Made by a program: the position numbers and the translations under genes. The notes under the pieces were generated by a model. The model was not told the DNA's origin and did not search any database. It worked only from the letters and a program-made list of their open reading frames with translations. Below, one piece after another: positions 16,925-25,890 of a DNA stretch of 64,000 bases. Source of the DNA: Rhodospirillales bacterium (lineage in GTDB: Bacteria; Pseudomonadota; Alphaproteobacteria; ATCC43930; CGMCC-115725); NCBI GenBank assembly GCA_028291405.1, contig JAQGID010000226.1, positions 1,177 to 65,176 on the forward strand, written 5' to 3'. How positions within the stretch are numbered: the first letter of the stretch is position 1; each line of letters starts with the position of its first letter.

Positions 16925-17866
16925 TTACCTGTTGGCGGAATCGTCGGGGTGCGGACGTCCCAGCGTGGCCCAGATCGCATCGGGGGGATCGGATGTGACG
17001 CTGACTTGGACCTCCATGGCGAGATGGTCTGACGCGACGCCGATGAACGTGCCGTGCAACGGCGTCGCGTGGCGAGGATCGCGTACGACCGCGACGGTGA
17101 CGAGATCGCTCTTGCCGATACTGCCGCTGGTCGGGTCGAAGTCGATCCAGCCGGCGCCCGGCAGATAGGCTTGCGCCCAGGCGTGGGTCGAGCCGCCTGC
17201 CGTGCTGCTCGTCGGCTCGTCCGGTTCGTCGAGCGGCACCGCGAGATATCCGGAGGCAAAACGCGCGGCGAAACCGAGGGAGCGTACCGCCTCGATCATC
17301 AGCATGGCGAAGTCGCGGCAGCTGCCGTGGCCGAGGCGAAGCGTCTCCACTGCCGGCTGGATGCCCTTCGCTTCGCGCCGCCGATAGCAGAAGCCGCAAT
17401 TGATGGCGTCGGAGAGTCGGGTCAGGAGCGCGAAGGTGCCGATCGATCCGCTGACGGGGAGGAATTGCCGAGCCCACTCGCCGACCTCATTCCTCGGATC
17501 GGGATGATGGCGTTCGAGGTATTGGGCGAGGTCGGGCATCTCTTCCGCGTCGTACACGACCGGAAACTCGCTTCCGGCAAGCTCGGGATCGAGCGACGCT
17601 GCATCGATCGGCGTGTGGTCGACGCGAACGAGGCTCTCGAAGCGCAGCTCGTTCGAGCGGTTGGCGAATCGCGCGATCCCAATGTGATTGCCAAAAGCGT
17701 CCTGAACGAAGCGCAGGCTCGTCGGCTCCGGGCTGATCTCGATGCTCGCCTCGACCACGCGTTGATCTTGGGAATCGCGCGGACGCAGCATCATGCGATG
17801 CTCTCCGAAGGCAACCGGCTGCCGGTAGCGGTAAGTGGTGACGTGCCGAATGGTCAACGGCGGCAT
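16925..17866 (-). CDS. transglutaminase family protein
   Basis: MPPLTIRHVTTYRYRQPV (Bact_transglu_N), then GHGSCRDFAMLMIEAVRSLG..ARFASGY..HAWAQAY..GWIDFDPT (Cys-His-Asp core). GGAGAG RBS upstream of the ATG at 17866. Confidence 0.85.
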   Translation of the reverse strand: MPPLTIRHVTTYRYRQPVAFGEHRMMLRPRDSQDQRVVEASIEISPEPTSLRFVQDAFGNHIGIARFANRSNELRFESLVRVDHTPIDAASLDPELAGSEFPVVYDAEEMPDLAQYLERHHPDPRNEVGEWARQFLPVSGSIGTFALLTRLSDAINCGFCYRRREAKGIQPAVETLRLGHGSCRDFAMLMIEAVRSLGFAARFASGYLAVPLDEPDEPTSSTAGGSTHAWAQAYLPGAGWIDFDPTSGSIGKSDLVTVAVVRDPRHATPLHGTFIGVASDHLAMEVQVSVTSDPPDAIWATLGRPHPDDSANR

Positions 17867-17945
17867 GATCTCTCCTCGCCGGGAGTCATGTATGATTCGC
17901 GCCAGTTCGCCAGGGCGGAAACCTGCGTACTGGCGGCAGGCTTCG

Positions 17946-18476
17946 TTAGGAAATTCTGCGCAACCCTGATTTGAACCGCCTGCTGTTGGCGACATAGCGG
18001 GCAGCGGTGACGGGAATCCGGGCGACCTCTTCGCTCGTGAGCGTACGGACGGCCTTGCCCGGCGATCCGAGGATCAATGAATTTTCAGGATAATCCTTGT
18101 TCTCTGTGATCACCGCGCCGGCGCCGACGATACTGCCGGCGCGGATATGCGCCCGGTTCATGACGATTGCGCCCATGCCGATCAGGACGTTGTCCTCGAT
18201 GGTGCAACCGTGGAGGATGACGTTGTGGCCGACCGTGCAATTCCTACCGAGACTGAGCGGCTTTCCCGGATCGGCGTGCAAGGTCGAGTTGTCCTGGATG
18301 TTCGATCCGGCGCCGATCTCGATCCATTCATTATCGCCGCGCACGACGCAGCCGAACCAGATACTCGCGTCGGTCGAAAGCCGGATCTTTCCTATGACCG
18401 TGGCGTCTTCCGCGACGAAATATTGCCCGTCGCCGGGAAGCTCCGGCGCTTGCCCGTCCAGTTCGTAGATCGCCAT
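17946..18476 (-). CDS. gamma-carbonic-anhydrase-like left-handed beta-helix protein
   Basis: IWFGCVVRGD..IGAGSNIQDNSTLH..GHNVILHGCTIEDNVLIGMGAIV is the YrdA/PaaY-type hexapeptide pattern. Confidence 0.9.
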   Translation of the reverse strand: MAIYELDGQAPELPGDGQYFVAEDATVIGKIRLSTDASIWFGCVVRGDNEWIEIGAGSNIQDNSTLHADPGKPLSLGRNCTVGHNVILHGCTIEDNVLIGMGAIVMNRAHIRAGSIVGAGAVITENKDYPENSLILGSPGKAVRTLTSEEVARIPVTAARYVANSRRFKSGLRRIS

Positions 18477-18502
18477 CGTCAGAGACCCTTAAAGAATGAA
18501 CC

Positions 18503-18535
18503 GTCGACCGGCATCACTCATCGCCGGCTGTCGAC
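18503..18535 (-). terminator. imperfect hairpin downstream of lrgB
   Basis: GTCGAC(AG)CCGGC..GCCGGTCGAC stem on the minus strand, followed by a T-rich stretch. No clean U-tract. Confidence 0.3.
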
Positions 18536-18589
18536 TGAAACGAGCATAACCTTAGTTCGCTACGCCTGGGCAAGCTTATCGATAGCGGG

Positions 18590-19315
18590 TCATGACGGCG
18601 TCAGGATCGCCAGGGCGAGCGGCACGAGGATCGCAGTTAAAAACGCGTTCAATCCCATCGCGATGCCGGCGAAAGTGCCGGCCAACGGATGGACCTGGAA
18701 CGCCCTCGCGGTGCCGATGCCATGCGCGGCGAGGCCAATCGCGAAGCCGCGCGCTCGCCAGTCCTTGATGCCGAGGAAATTCATCATCGGCGTCACGACG
18801 ATCGCTCCGACGATGCCTGTCATGATCACCGTGACCGCGGTCAGCGCGGCGTCGCCGCCGAGTTGTTGCGAGATGCCCATCGCGACGCCTGCCGTGACCG
18901 ACTTCGGCGCGACCGAGATCAGGACGACTTCCGGCATGCCGAAGGCGCGGGCGATCAGCAGGACGGAGCCGACCGCAGTCACCGAGCCGATCATCAGCGC
19001 GACCGTCATTGGGACGAGTGACCGCAGGACGACGGAACGGTTCTCGTAGAGCGGCAGGGCCAGCGCCACGGTCGCCGGGCCGAGCAGGAAATGGACGAAT
19101 TGCGCCCCGTCGAAATAGACCTTGTAAGGCGTGCCGGTGAGGAGCAACACGCCGGCGATCATCCAGACTGCATGCAGCACCGGATTGGCCAGCGGATGGC
19201 GGCCGGTCGCGGCCGAGAAGCGCTCGGCGACGAGATAGGCGAAGAGGGTCACCGTCAGCCACAGCAGCGGCGTACGTGACAAATAGACCCAGAGGTCGAA
19301 CGATCTGTCGCTCAA
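18590..19315 (-). CDS. lrgB: LrgB/CidB family membrane protein
   Basis: Polytopic. KSVTAGVAMGISQQLGGDAALTAVTVIMTGIVG is an LrgB-like segment. TTG start overlaps the lrgA stop (TTGA). Confidence 0.85.
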   Translation of the reverse strand: MSDRSFDLWVYLSRTPLLWLTVTLFAYLVAERFSAATGRHPLANPVLHAVWMIAGVLLLTGTPYKVYFDGAQFVHFLLGPATVALALPLYENRSVVLRSLVPMTVALMIGSVTAVGSVLLIARAFGMPEVVLISVAPKSVTAGVAMGISQQLGGDAALTAVTVIMTGIVGAIVVTPMMNFLGIKDWRARGFAIGLAAHGIGTARAFQVHPLAGTFAGIAMGLNAFLTAILVPLALAILTPS

Positions 19316-19707
19316 CTCGCCGCCTCTGGGTCGTTGGCATCGGATCGCAGGAGGCGCGATGCGATCCGGAACGCGGCGACGGTCGCCAGCATCGCGAGAA
19401 CCGTGGAGGCGACGAGAGTAATGCCGAGACCCAGACCGTATTTGGCCAGCAGATCCAGCCGTTGAACGACGCCGACACCGGCCGGCACGAACAGAAGCGA
19501 GAGATGCTGGAGGAGGGTGCGGCACGTGGTTGCGAGCGAGCCGTCTCGCACCTCACGCGGCAGAAGGCGCGGGCGGCCGCCGAGCAGCAGCATGACGAAC
19601 AGCAGCGCCATGCCGATCACCGGTCCAGGAATCTGCGGCGATACGGCGCGGGCCACGACCTCGCCGATGAGCTGACAGAGCAGGATCAAAAACAGACTGA
19701 CGAGCAT
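19312..19707 (-). CDS. lrgA: CidA/LrgA family holin-like protein
   Basis: 131 aa with four TM helices; LLCQLIGEVV..IPGPVIGMALLF..LFVPAGVGV. Confidence 0.8.
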   Translation of the reverse strand: MLVSLFLILLCQLIGEVVARAVSPQIPGPVIGMALLFVMLLLGGRPRLLPREVRDGSLATTCRTLLQHLSLLFVPAGVGVVQRLDLLAKYGLGLGITLVASTVLAMLATVAAFRIASRLLRSDANDPEAAS

Positions 19708-19815
19708 GTCGGCTCCTCTTGCCTGCGGAGGAACATCGGCGAGACGTGCCGGAGACGGTGCCGAAAATCGAATTGCCGATGCAAGCCCTTCTCGCGATCG
19801 GCGGGCTCTAGCGAC

Positions 19816-21099
19816 TCATGGACGCGAAGGTTCCGGCCGCATCATCACCGCGATGAGGAGGCCGGCGATCAGCCAAAGCGACGATTCCCACCACGATTGC
19901 CAGACGCCGAAATTGAGCAACAGAGGCAAGAGGGCGGTTGCGAAGACGGCGAGACCGATGGCTCGCGCGTTGCGCGACAGACCGGGCGCCGCGGCGACCT
20001 TCCACAGCGTATAGAGGGCGATCACGGTCCCGAGAATGGCGCCGACGACGCCCAGCTCCAGCCACCATTGCAGCACGGCATCGTGGGGATGCAGCGGCAT
20101 CACCGCCCCGACAAGCCCCCACTCCGGCGGCAGGTTCATGTAATCCCCGATCATGGTCTTGCCGCCAGGCACCGCACGGGACGCATCCATGCCCCATCCG
20201 AGCAGCGGGCGCTCATGCCAGCGCTCGCTTGTAAAATTCCAGATGATGAGCCGGTGAGTCGCCGAACCGCGGAGGCCCGGCAATGTATTGCGCAACCAGA
20301 GAACCGTGTCGCGGCCGGGAGCAAGGAACGGTATGATTGCGGCGATCAGCACGAATGCGCCGCCGAGCAGCCAGGCCGTCAGCCTCGCCCGCCACCATCC
20401 AAGTGCGAAAACCACGAGCGCGACGAGCATCGCGAGAAAGGCGCTGAGACTCATTAGCTGCCAGACCACGATCGCGGTGAGGGCAAAGACGACGACTGCG
20501 GCGCCGCGGCGTCCCGTTTCGAGGAGACGGAGCACGGTGACCCAGGAGGCGAGGCTGAGGACCGTTGCGCCGCGATCATAGAACGGCAGGACGACCAAGG
20601 ATTTGCCGCCAAGCAGCCGGCGGATCGGAAAGTCTCCGACGAGCTCGACCGTCATGATGACGAGCCCCACGAGGAGGCCTATCACGGCGGCGCGTCCGAC
20701 CATTGCGCGCCCGGCATCGTCGAGGTCGCGCGCCGCTGCGACGATAATCAGCCCTTCGAGCGAGAGCAGCAATAGGCGAGCCCCCTCGAAGAGGCTGTGG
20801 CCGGGAATGATCGACCACAGCGACGAGGCTGCGCCCCAGAGCGAGAGAAGCAGCAGCAGAAATGCGAATGGACCCAAGCCGGCGATCATCGGCACGACGC
20901 GGCCGCGTGCGACGGCCAGGACGATCAGCGCAACGATCGCGAGCAGCGGAGCGAGCCCTAGCGGAAACAGCAAACCGAAGGTGGGGATGACGAGGGCGGC
21001 GCCGGCCAGCGGATAGGCGTTGGATGTCTTGCCGATCAATATGGGCTCCGCCACGAAGGAGCCTGCGTCTCTAGAGCAAAGAAGCGGACGGTACAACAT
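19816..21099 (-). CDS. O-antigen ligase (Wzy_C) family membrane protein
   Basis: At least 10 TM helices and a periplasmic loop RGSATHRLIIWNFTSERWHERPLLGWG characteristic of O-antigen ligase/polymerase families. Start uncertain; the ORF opens at 21270. Confidence 0.75.
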   Translation of the reverse strand: MLYRPLLCSRDAGSFVAEPILIGKTSNAYPLAGAALVIPTFGLLFPLGLAPLLAIVALIVLAVARGRVVPMIAGLGPFAFLLLLLSLWGAASSLWSIIPGHSLFEGARLLLLSLEGLIIVAAARDLDDAGRAMVGRAAVIGLLVGLVIMTVELVGDFPIRRLLGGKSLVVLPFYDRGATVLSLASWVTVLRLLETGRRGAAVVVFALTAIVVWQLMSLSAFLAMLVALVVFALGWWRARLTAWLLGGAFVLIAAIIPFLAPGRDTVLWLRNTLPGLRGSATHRLIIWNFTSERWHERPLLGWGMDASRAVPGGKTMIGDYMNLPPEWGLVGAVMPLHPHDAVLQWWLELGVVGAILGTVIALYTLWKVAAAPGLSRNARAIGLAVFATALLPLLLNFGVWQSWWESSLWLIAGLLIAVMMRPEPSRP

Positions 21100-21259
21100 C
21101 TCTTGCCGTCGCCTCGCGACAGTGCGGTCGACCGATCGCGTTGGCAATTGTGCCACCGACGGCGATACGCTAGATAGCTCGCATTGCTTCGCCGCCGCTC
21201 GACCGGCCCCGTCGCCTACGCCGCGTCGCGTTCCGTCTTTCCGCATCACGCAGGAAACC

Positions 21260-22282
21260 TTGCGAGACATAGCCCTTTTGACTGCGACGCCGCGCTGGCC
21301 ACTGGCGCGCCAAACGCTCGGCCGGACGCTCTGCTGGGAAGATTGTCGCTTTGTCGTGAATCCGCCGAGTGGCCGCTTCGACGGATGCGTCGTCTATGAT
21401 GCGATCCCTTCCGACGTCTCGCTCGTTTGTCCGCCAGATCGGCTGATCCTCGTCACCGGCGAGCCGCCGTCGATCAAGGCCTACAACGAGAAATTCGCAG
21501 CGCAATTCTCTGCCGTCGTGACGTGCCATACAGATTTGCCGCATCCCAGGTTGATTCTGACGCAGCAGGGCTACCCCTGGATCGCCGGAATGAACAAGGA
21601 TGCATCCGATCTCGGCGCCGGTGCTATGACCCTTGAGAGCTTCATGTCCGAGCCGGCGCCGACCAAAACCCGGTTGTTGTCCGTCGTCGTGTCCGACAAG
21701 GTCGTCACCGCGGCCCACCGTCAGCGTCGTCATTTCGTCGCCAAACTACGCCAACGTTTCGGCAGCGATATCGAAATTTTTGGCCGCGGCGTTCGCGATA
21801 TTTCGGATAAGTCGGAAGCATTGCTTCCATTTAGATATCATCTCGCTCTGGAGAATAGTTCGTTTTACCACTACTGGACCGAGAAATTGGCGGATCCGTT
21901 TCTATGTTGGACGTTCCCACTATATTGGGGGTGTCCGAACATCGAAGAGTACTTTCCGACGGCATCGTTCGAGAGGATTAATATTTTCGATATCGAATCG
22001 TCGATTTCCCTGATCGAACGGGTCTTCGAAGGCGATTTTTACCAGAGAGCACTGCCGGCGGTTGCCGAAGCGCGGTTGCGCGTGCTCCGCGACTATAACT
22101 TCTTTGCCTTGGCAGCTGGACAATGCGCGCCGTCGACAATGCTGCCTGCGACTGTGCGGCTACGTCCGGAGCAGGTGTTCCGCGATCACTGGATCCGCAA
22201 GGTTCGCCATCGGGCGAAACGGGCGTTGCCGCGTAAATGGCGCAAGAGCAAGAGCCTTCCGCTGGGTGCCGCGCCGGAATGA
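21260..22282 (+). CDS. glycosyltransferase family 10 (alpha-1,3/4-fucosyltransferase-like)
   Basis: YHLALENSSFYHYWTEKLADPF matches the GT10 signature (..xLAFENS....Y.TEK). The 3' half is clearly AT-richer than its surroundings. There is no in-frame ATG, so the TTG at 21260 is proposed. Confidence 0.7.
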   Translation: MRDIALLTATPRWPLARQTLGRTLCWEDCRFVVNPPSGRFDGCVVYDAIPSDVSLVCPPDRLILVTGEPPSIKAYNEKFAAQFSAVVTCHTDLPHPRLILTQQGYPWIAGMNKDASDLGAGAMTLESFMSEPAPTKTRLLSVVVSDKVVTAAHRQRRHFVAKLRQRFGSDIEIFGRGVRDISDKSEALLPFRYHLALENSSFYHYWTEKLADPFLCWTFPLYWGCPNIEEYFPTASFERINIFDIESSISLIERVFEGDFYQRALPAVAEARLRVLRDYNFFALAAGQCAPSTMLPATVRLRPEQVFRDHWIRKVRHRAKRALPRKWRKSKSLPLGAAPE

Positions 22283-22640
22283 GCAACGGACACGAACTCC
22301 TCGTCGAGTGTCGGCGTTATTGTGTTCTATCCCGTAGCGAGGCGATGTCGGCGCCGACGGGCTGACGACCTCATCCCCCATCGGCGCCGCTACTCGCGCG
22401 CGCCGACGCCAACATGTCGGCGCTTGCGCTCACGAGCGGTGTTCCGCACCATACGCCGTCCAGTGCGATGCGGCGGTGGACGATCAGAATGATCCGGTGC
22501 GAGCGGAGTCGAAGTGGCTTCTCATTGCAGGAAAGGGTTTTCGATCGTCCGCTAGCGTGACGGCCTGGCCGATGCGGTAGCAATCGATCCACATCCGGCG
22601 TTCATGGCACTGGCGGCGCCGTGAGAGGATCTGTTCGACA

Positions 22641-23951
22641 ATGACGACGCAGCCCTGGCACCAATGGGGACTTCGGCCAAGAATGCCGTTTGCAGTCGCT
22701 GCGGTCTTCTCGCTGCTGACCGGCATCGGCCATGCGGCCGGCCCCCCTCAGGCAACGGAGGTGCCGCCCGCCCCGCCGCTGATACCGGCTTGGGTCGCGC
22801 GGATCTGGGACCCGACGACTTCTCCCTTCATCCCGATCCCGGAGGTCGGTACCGATCCCAACAGCGGGACGACGGTCGGAATCCTGCCCGTGTTCCTGTC
22901 GTCGGAGCACGACCAGATCACGCGCATCATCGCGCCGGACGTGAATTACAATTCGGATCTGGGCTACGGCGCCAATTTTCGCGTGTTCGACTATCCGTCG
23001 ACCGACAGCCAATGGGCTATCGTCGCCGGCGCAAAGCAAAGGGTCGAGCGCGGCGTCGACGGGCTCTACACCAAAGGCATCCTGCGACAGACGGATTGGT
23101 CGCTGCTCAGTCACGTCGTCTACGATCGCAGCGCCACCGGCCGCTTCTTCGGTATCGGCAACGAGTCGCAACATGCCGATCAGACGAACTACACCAATGA
23201 GCAGGCCTATGTGGAGACGACACTCGGGCGGAACTTCGGCCCGACGTTCCAGGTCGCACTGAACGTGCGGCCGCGGTACATCCAGATCGAAAAGGGCACG
23301 GCCGAATCGCTGCCATCGACGACGGTGGTCTTCCCCCAGCTGAACGGCCTTGGCAACGAGCATGAATTCCTGACCCGGGTATTCGTCTCCTACGACACGC
23401 GCGATTCATCGACGGTTCCGACGCACGGGAGTCAGATTGTCGGTTTCGCAGGCGTCACCGACAAGACGTTCCTCAGTACGGTTTCCTATTCGCGGTTCGG
23501 GGTTGATGCGCGGCATTTCCAGCCAATCAGCGATCGGTTCATTCTGACCGCGCATGTCGCGCTGCAATACATGCCGGTCGGGAACAACGTGCCGTTCTGG
23601 GCCCTGAGCAGTCTTGGCGGGGACCGCAGCGTGCTCGCCGAGCGCCAGCCCCTGCGCGGCTTCGGCAGCGACCGGTTCATCGACCGAAATTCGTTTTCAT
23701 CGACCGTCGAGCTCCGCAGCAAGATCTTCGACCTCGATCTTTTCACGACGAACCTGACCTTCGAGATGGCACCCTTCATCGATGCTGGACGGGTGTTCCG
23801 TAACCTTGACGACAATCCCGTCAGTCGCCTTCACGTTGCCGGCGGCGTGGGGCTTCGTGCCGTCGCAAGGCCGTTTATCGTCGGCTACGTCGATATCGGC
23901 TACGGCAGCGAGGGGACAGCAATATTTTCCGGGGTGAACTACCCCTTCTGA
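22641..23951 (+). CDS. Omp85/BamA-TamA family outer-membrane beta-barrel without POTRA domains
   Basis: Signal peptide, alternating beta-strand pattern, C-terminal ..GVGLRAV..GYVDIGYGSEGTAIFSGVNYPF ending in Phe. Start could be 22683. Confidence 0.8.
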   Translation: MTTQPWHQWGLRPRMPFAVAAVFSLLTGIGHAAGPPQATEVPPAPPLIPAWVARIWDPTTSPFIPIPEVGTDPNSGTTVGILPVFLSSEHDQITRIIAPDVNYNSDLGYGANFRVFDYPSTDSQWAIVAGAKQRVERGVDGLYTKGILRQTDWSLLSHVVYDRSATGRFFGIGNESQHADQTNYTNEQAYVETTLGRNFGPTFQVALNVRPRYIQIEKGTAESLPSTTVVFPQLNGLGNEHEFLTRVFVSYDTRDSSTVPTHGSQIVGFAGVTDKTFLSTVSYSRFGVDARHFQPISDRFILTAHVALQYMPVGNNVPFWALSSLGGDRSVLAERQPLRGFGSDRFIDRNSFSSTVELRSKIFDLDLFTTNLTFEMAPFIDAGRVFRNLDDNPVSRLHVAGGVGLRAVARPFIVGYVDIGYGSEGTAIFSGVNYPF

Positions 23952-23981
23952 GCGCCTATCTCCCATAAGGAGGAGTTGTCG

Positions 23982-24965
23982 ATGAAAGCGATGGTGCTCT
24001 ATGCGACCGGAACGCCGCTTCGCGAAGCGGAGATGCCGGAGCCGCGCGTCGCCGAGGGCGAGGTTCTGCTGACAGTTCGCGCCTGCGCGGTCTGTCGTAC
24101 CGATCTGCATGTGGTCGACGGAGAATTGCCGGATCCGAAGCTTCCTTTGATCGCCGGCCATGAGATCGTCGGCACCGTCGCCGCAACCGGCAATGGGGTC
24201 GAGCGCTTCCGCGTCGGCGACCGCGTCGGCGTGCCGTGGCTGGGCTGGACTTGCGGGGTCTGCGCGTTTTGCCGCAGCGGCCGAGAGAATCTCTGCGACC
24301 GCGCACAATTCACCGGCTATCAGCGCGATGGCGGCTACGCCGAGATGGTCGTGGCCGACCAACGCTTCGCATTTTCCATTCCGGCCGTCTATCCGGACGC
24401 CGAGGCAAGCCCGCTCCTGTGTGCCGGCTTGATCGGCTACCGCGCCCTGCGCATGGCCGGAGATGCCATGCGTCTCGGCATCTACGGGTTTGGGGCTGCC
24501 GCCCATATCATCGCCCAGGTCGCACGCTTCGAGGGGCGCCAAGTCTTTGCCTTCGTGCGGCCCGGCGACGATGCGGCCGCGGCCTTCGCACGCGAGTTCG
24601 GAGCGGTGTGGGCCGGAAGCTCCGAGGAGATGCCGCCGGAACCGCTCGACGCCGCGCTCATCTTCGCGCCGGTCGGCGGCCTCGTGCCGGCTGCGCTTCG
24701 CGCGACCGCCAAGGGCGGCACCGTCGTCTGTGCCGGAATCCACATGACGGATATTCCGACGTTTCCCTATCGCCTGCTGTGGGAGGAGCGGATCGTGCGA
24801 TCTGTCGCCAACCTGACGCGGCGCGATGGCGAGGAGTTTCTGGCGCTTGCGCCGAAGGCCGGCGTCAAGACCACGATAGAGACCTTCCCGCTCGGCGAAG
24901 CCAACACGGCTCTCGCCAGCCTGCGCGGCGGGAAGTTACGCGGCGCCGCGGTGCTCGTTCCATAA
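23982..24965 (+). CDS. zinc-dependent alcohol dehydrogenase family protein
   Basis: CAVCRTDLH..GHEIVG (catalytic Zn), CGVCAFCRSGRENLC (structural Zn), GFGAAAH (Rossmann). AAGGAGGAG RBS before the ATG at 23982. Confidence 0.9.
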   Translation: MKAMVLYATGTPLREAEMPEPRVAEGEVLLTVRACAVCRTDLHVVDGELPDPKLPLIAGHEIVGTVAATGNGVERFRVGDRVGVPWLGWTCGVCAFCRSGRENLCDRAQFTGYQRDGGYAEMVVADQRFAFSIPAVYPDAEASPLLCAGLIGYRALRMAGDAMRLGIYGFGAAAHIIAQVARFEGRQVFAFVRPGDDAAAAFAREFGAVWAGSSEEMPPEPLDAALIFAPVGGLVPAALRATAKGGTVVCAGIHMTDIPTFPYRLLWEERIVRSVANLTRRDGEEFLALAPKAGVKTTIETFPLGEANTALASLRGGKLRGAAVLVP

Positions 24966-25145
24966 GACTGCGTTGGCTTAGGCTAGACGCTCGATCACGA
25001 ATACGCGTTGCGATAACGCCTCGAGCGTCGCTCGATCCGATGAGTTCACAACAGCGGCACGACGATCACATGATCTCGTGCCGCATGTCGTGTGCGCCGT
25101 CCGCGGGCGAGCGGAGATCGCCGCCGCGGTTCCTGAGCTACAATC

Positions 25146-25655
25146 CTAATGCGCCGCGAACGGATGCGATACCTGATCGGCCTGCTCCAGCACTTGCTTT
25201 GCCGTCGGCTCGCCGGCGATGGCGCGCTTCAAGGAGAGCTTCGTCGCCTCGTAGTTGTATTGCTGGATCTTCTTGTCGTCGGATGCTTCCCAATGGATGA
25301 AGACACCGACGCAAACGAACAGATCGTCGGCCTGGTCGGCGTCGATGGTGCCGTCCTTGACGCTGTCGGCGACCGCCTTCGCGACAGCGTGCTGGGCCGG
25401 ACCGAACATCTGAACGGCCTGCTTGGCGCTCTTGATGGTGACCTTGTTGAACATGACGGTATTGGGCTTGCATGGCAGGTTCGGGGCAATAAGCGCCAGC
25501 AACCCGTTCACCCCTTCGCGCTGGCTTGTCAAGGTCCGGCAGAACGTGTCCTCGGCCGGCGACCCCCGCGGGCCGATGAGGAGATCGATGTGCGCGACCT
25601 CGTTGCCGTCCCCGACGAGTGCTTCGCCGACCATCGTTTTACTCACCTTTGCCAT
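25146..25655 (-). CDS. fae: formaldehyde-activating enzyme Fae
   Basis: [82 protein letters not shown] closely resembles Methylobacterium Fae as I recall it. Confidence 0.97.
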   Translation of the reverse strand: MAKVSKTMVGEALVGDGNEVAHIDLLIGPRGSPAEDTFCRTLTSQREGVNGLLALIAPNLPCKPNTVMFNKVTIKSAKQAVQMFGPAQHAVAKAVADSVKDGTIDADQADDLFVCVGVFIHWEASDDKKIQQYNYEATKLSLKRAIAGEPTAKQVLEQADQVSHPFAAH

Positions 25656-25890
25656 CAGTGTCCTCCACTTGCCCGCCGTCCGCAGAAACCAAGCAAATCG
25701 TAGAAGATATATGGCGTGATCTCACCTACAACTTTCGTATTAGGGCCATGCTGCGCCTTTGCGAAAGAGTGATTTGTCATTCTATTATTGTAAATAGCGG
25801 GTTCTCGATTTGAATTGATCGGTGAGCCGGTCGATGCGGGCAACCACTCCGTTGTCGGCGAACGCCGCATTGCGGTTGAGGGAGGAAGCG
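25656..25890. promoter_or_regulatory. divergent fae / xoxF promoter region
   Basis: 235-bp AT-enriched spacer between two divergent, strongly RBS-equipped genes. No specific boxes assigned. Confidence 0.4.

Noticed and set aside
22279-22365. A 28-codon ORF (MSNGHELLVECRRYCVLSRSEAMSAPTG) overlapping the GT10 stop by ATGA.
   Set aside because: No RBS, no recognisable motif, and a short open frame in GC-rich DNA is expected by chance. The other ORFs in 22283..22640 are equally unconvincing.
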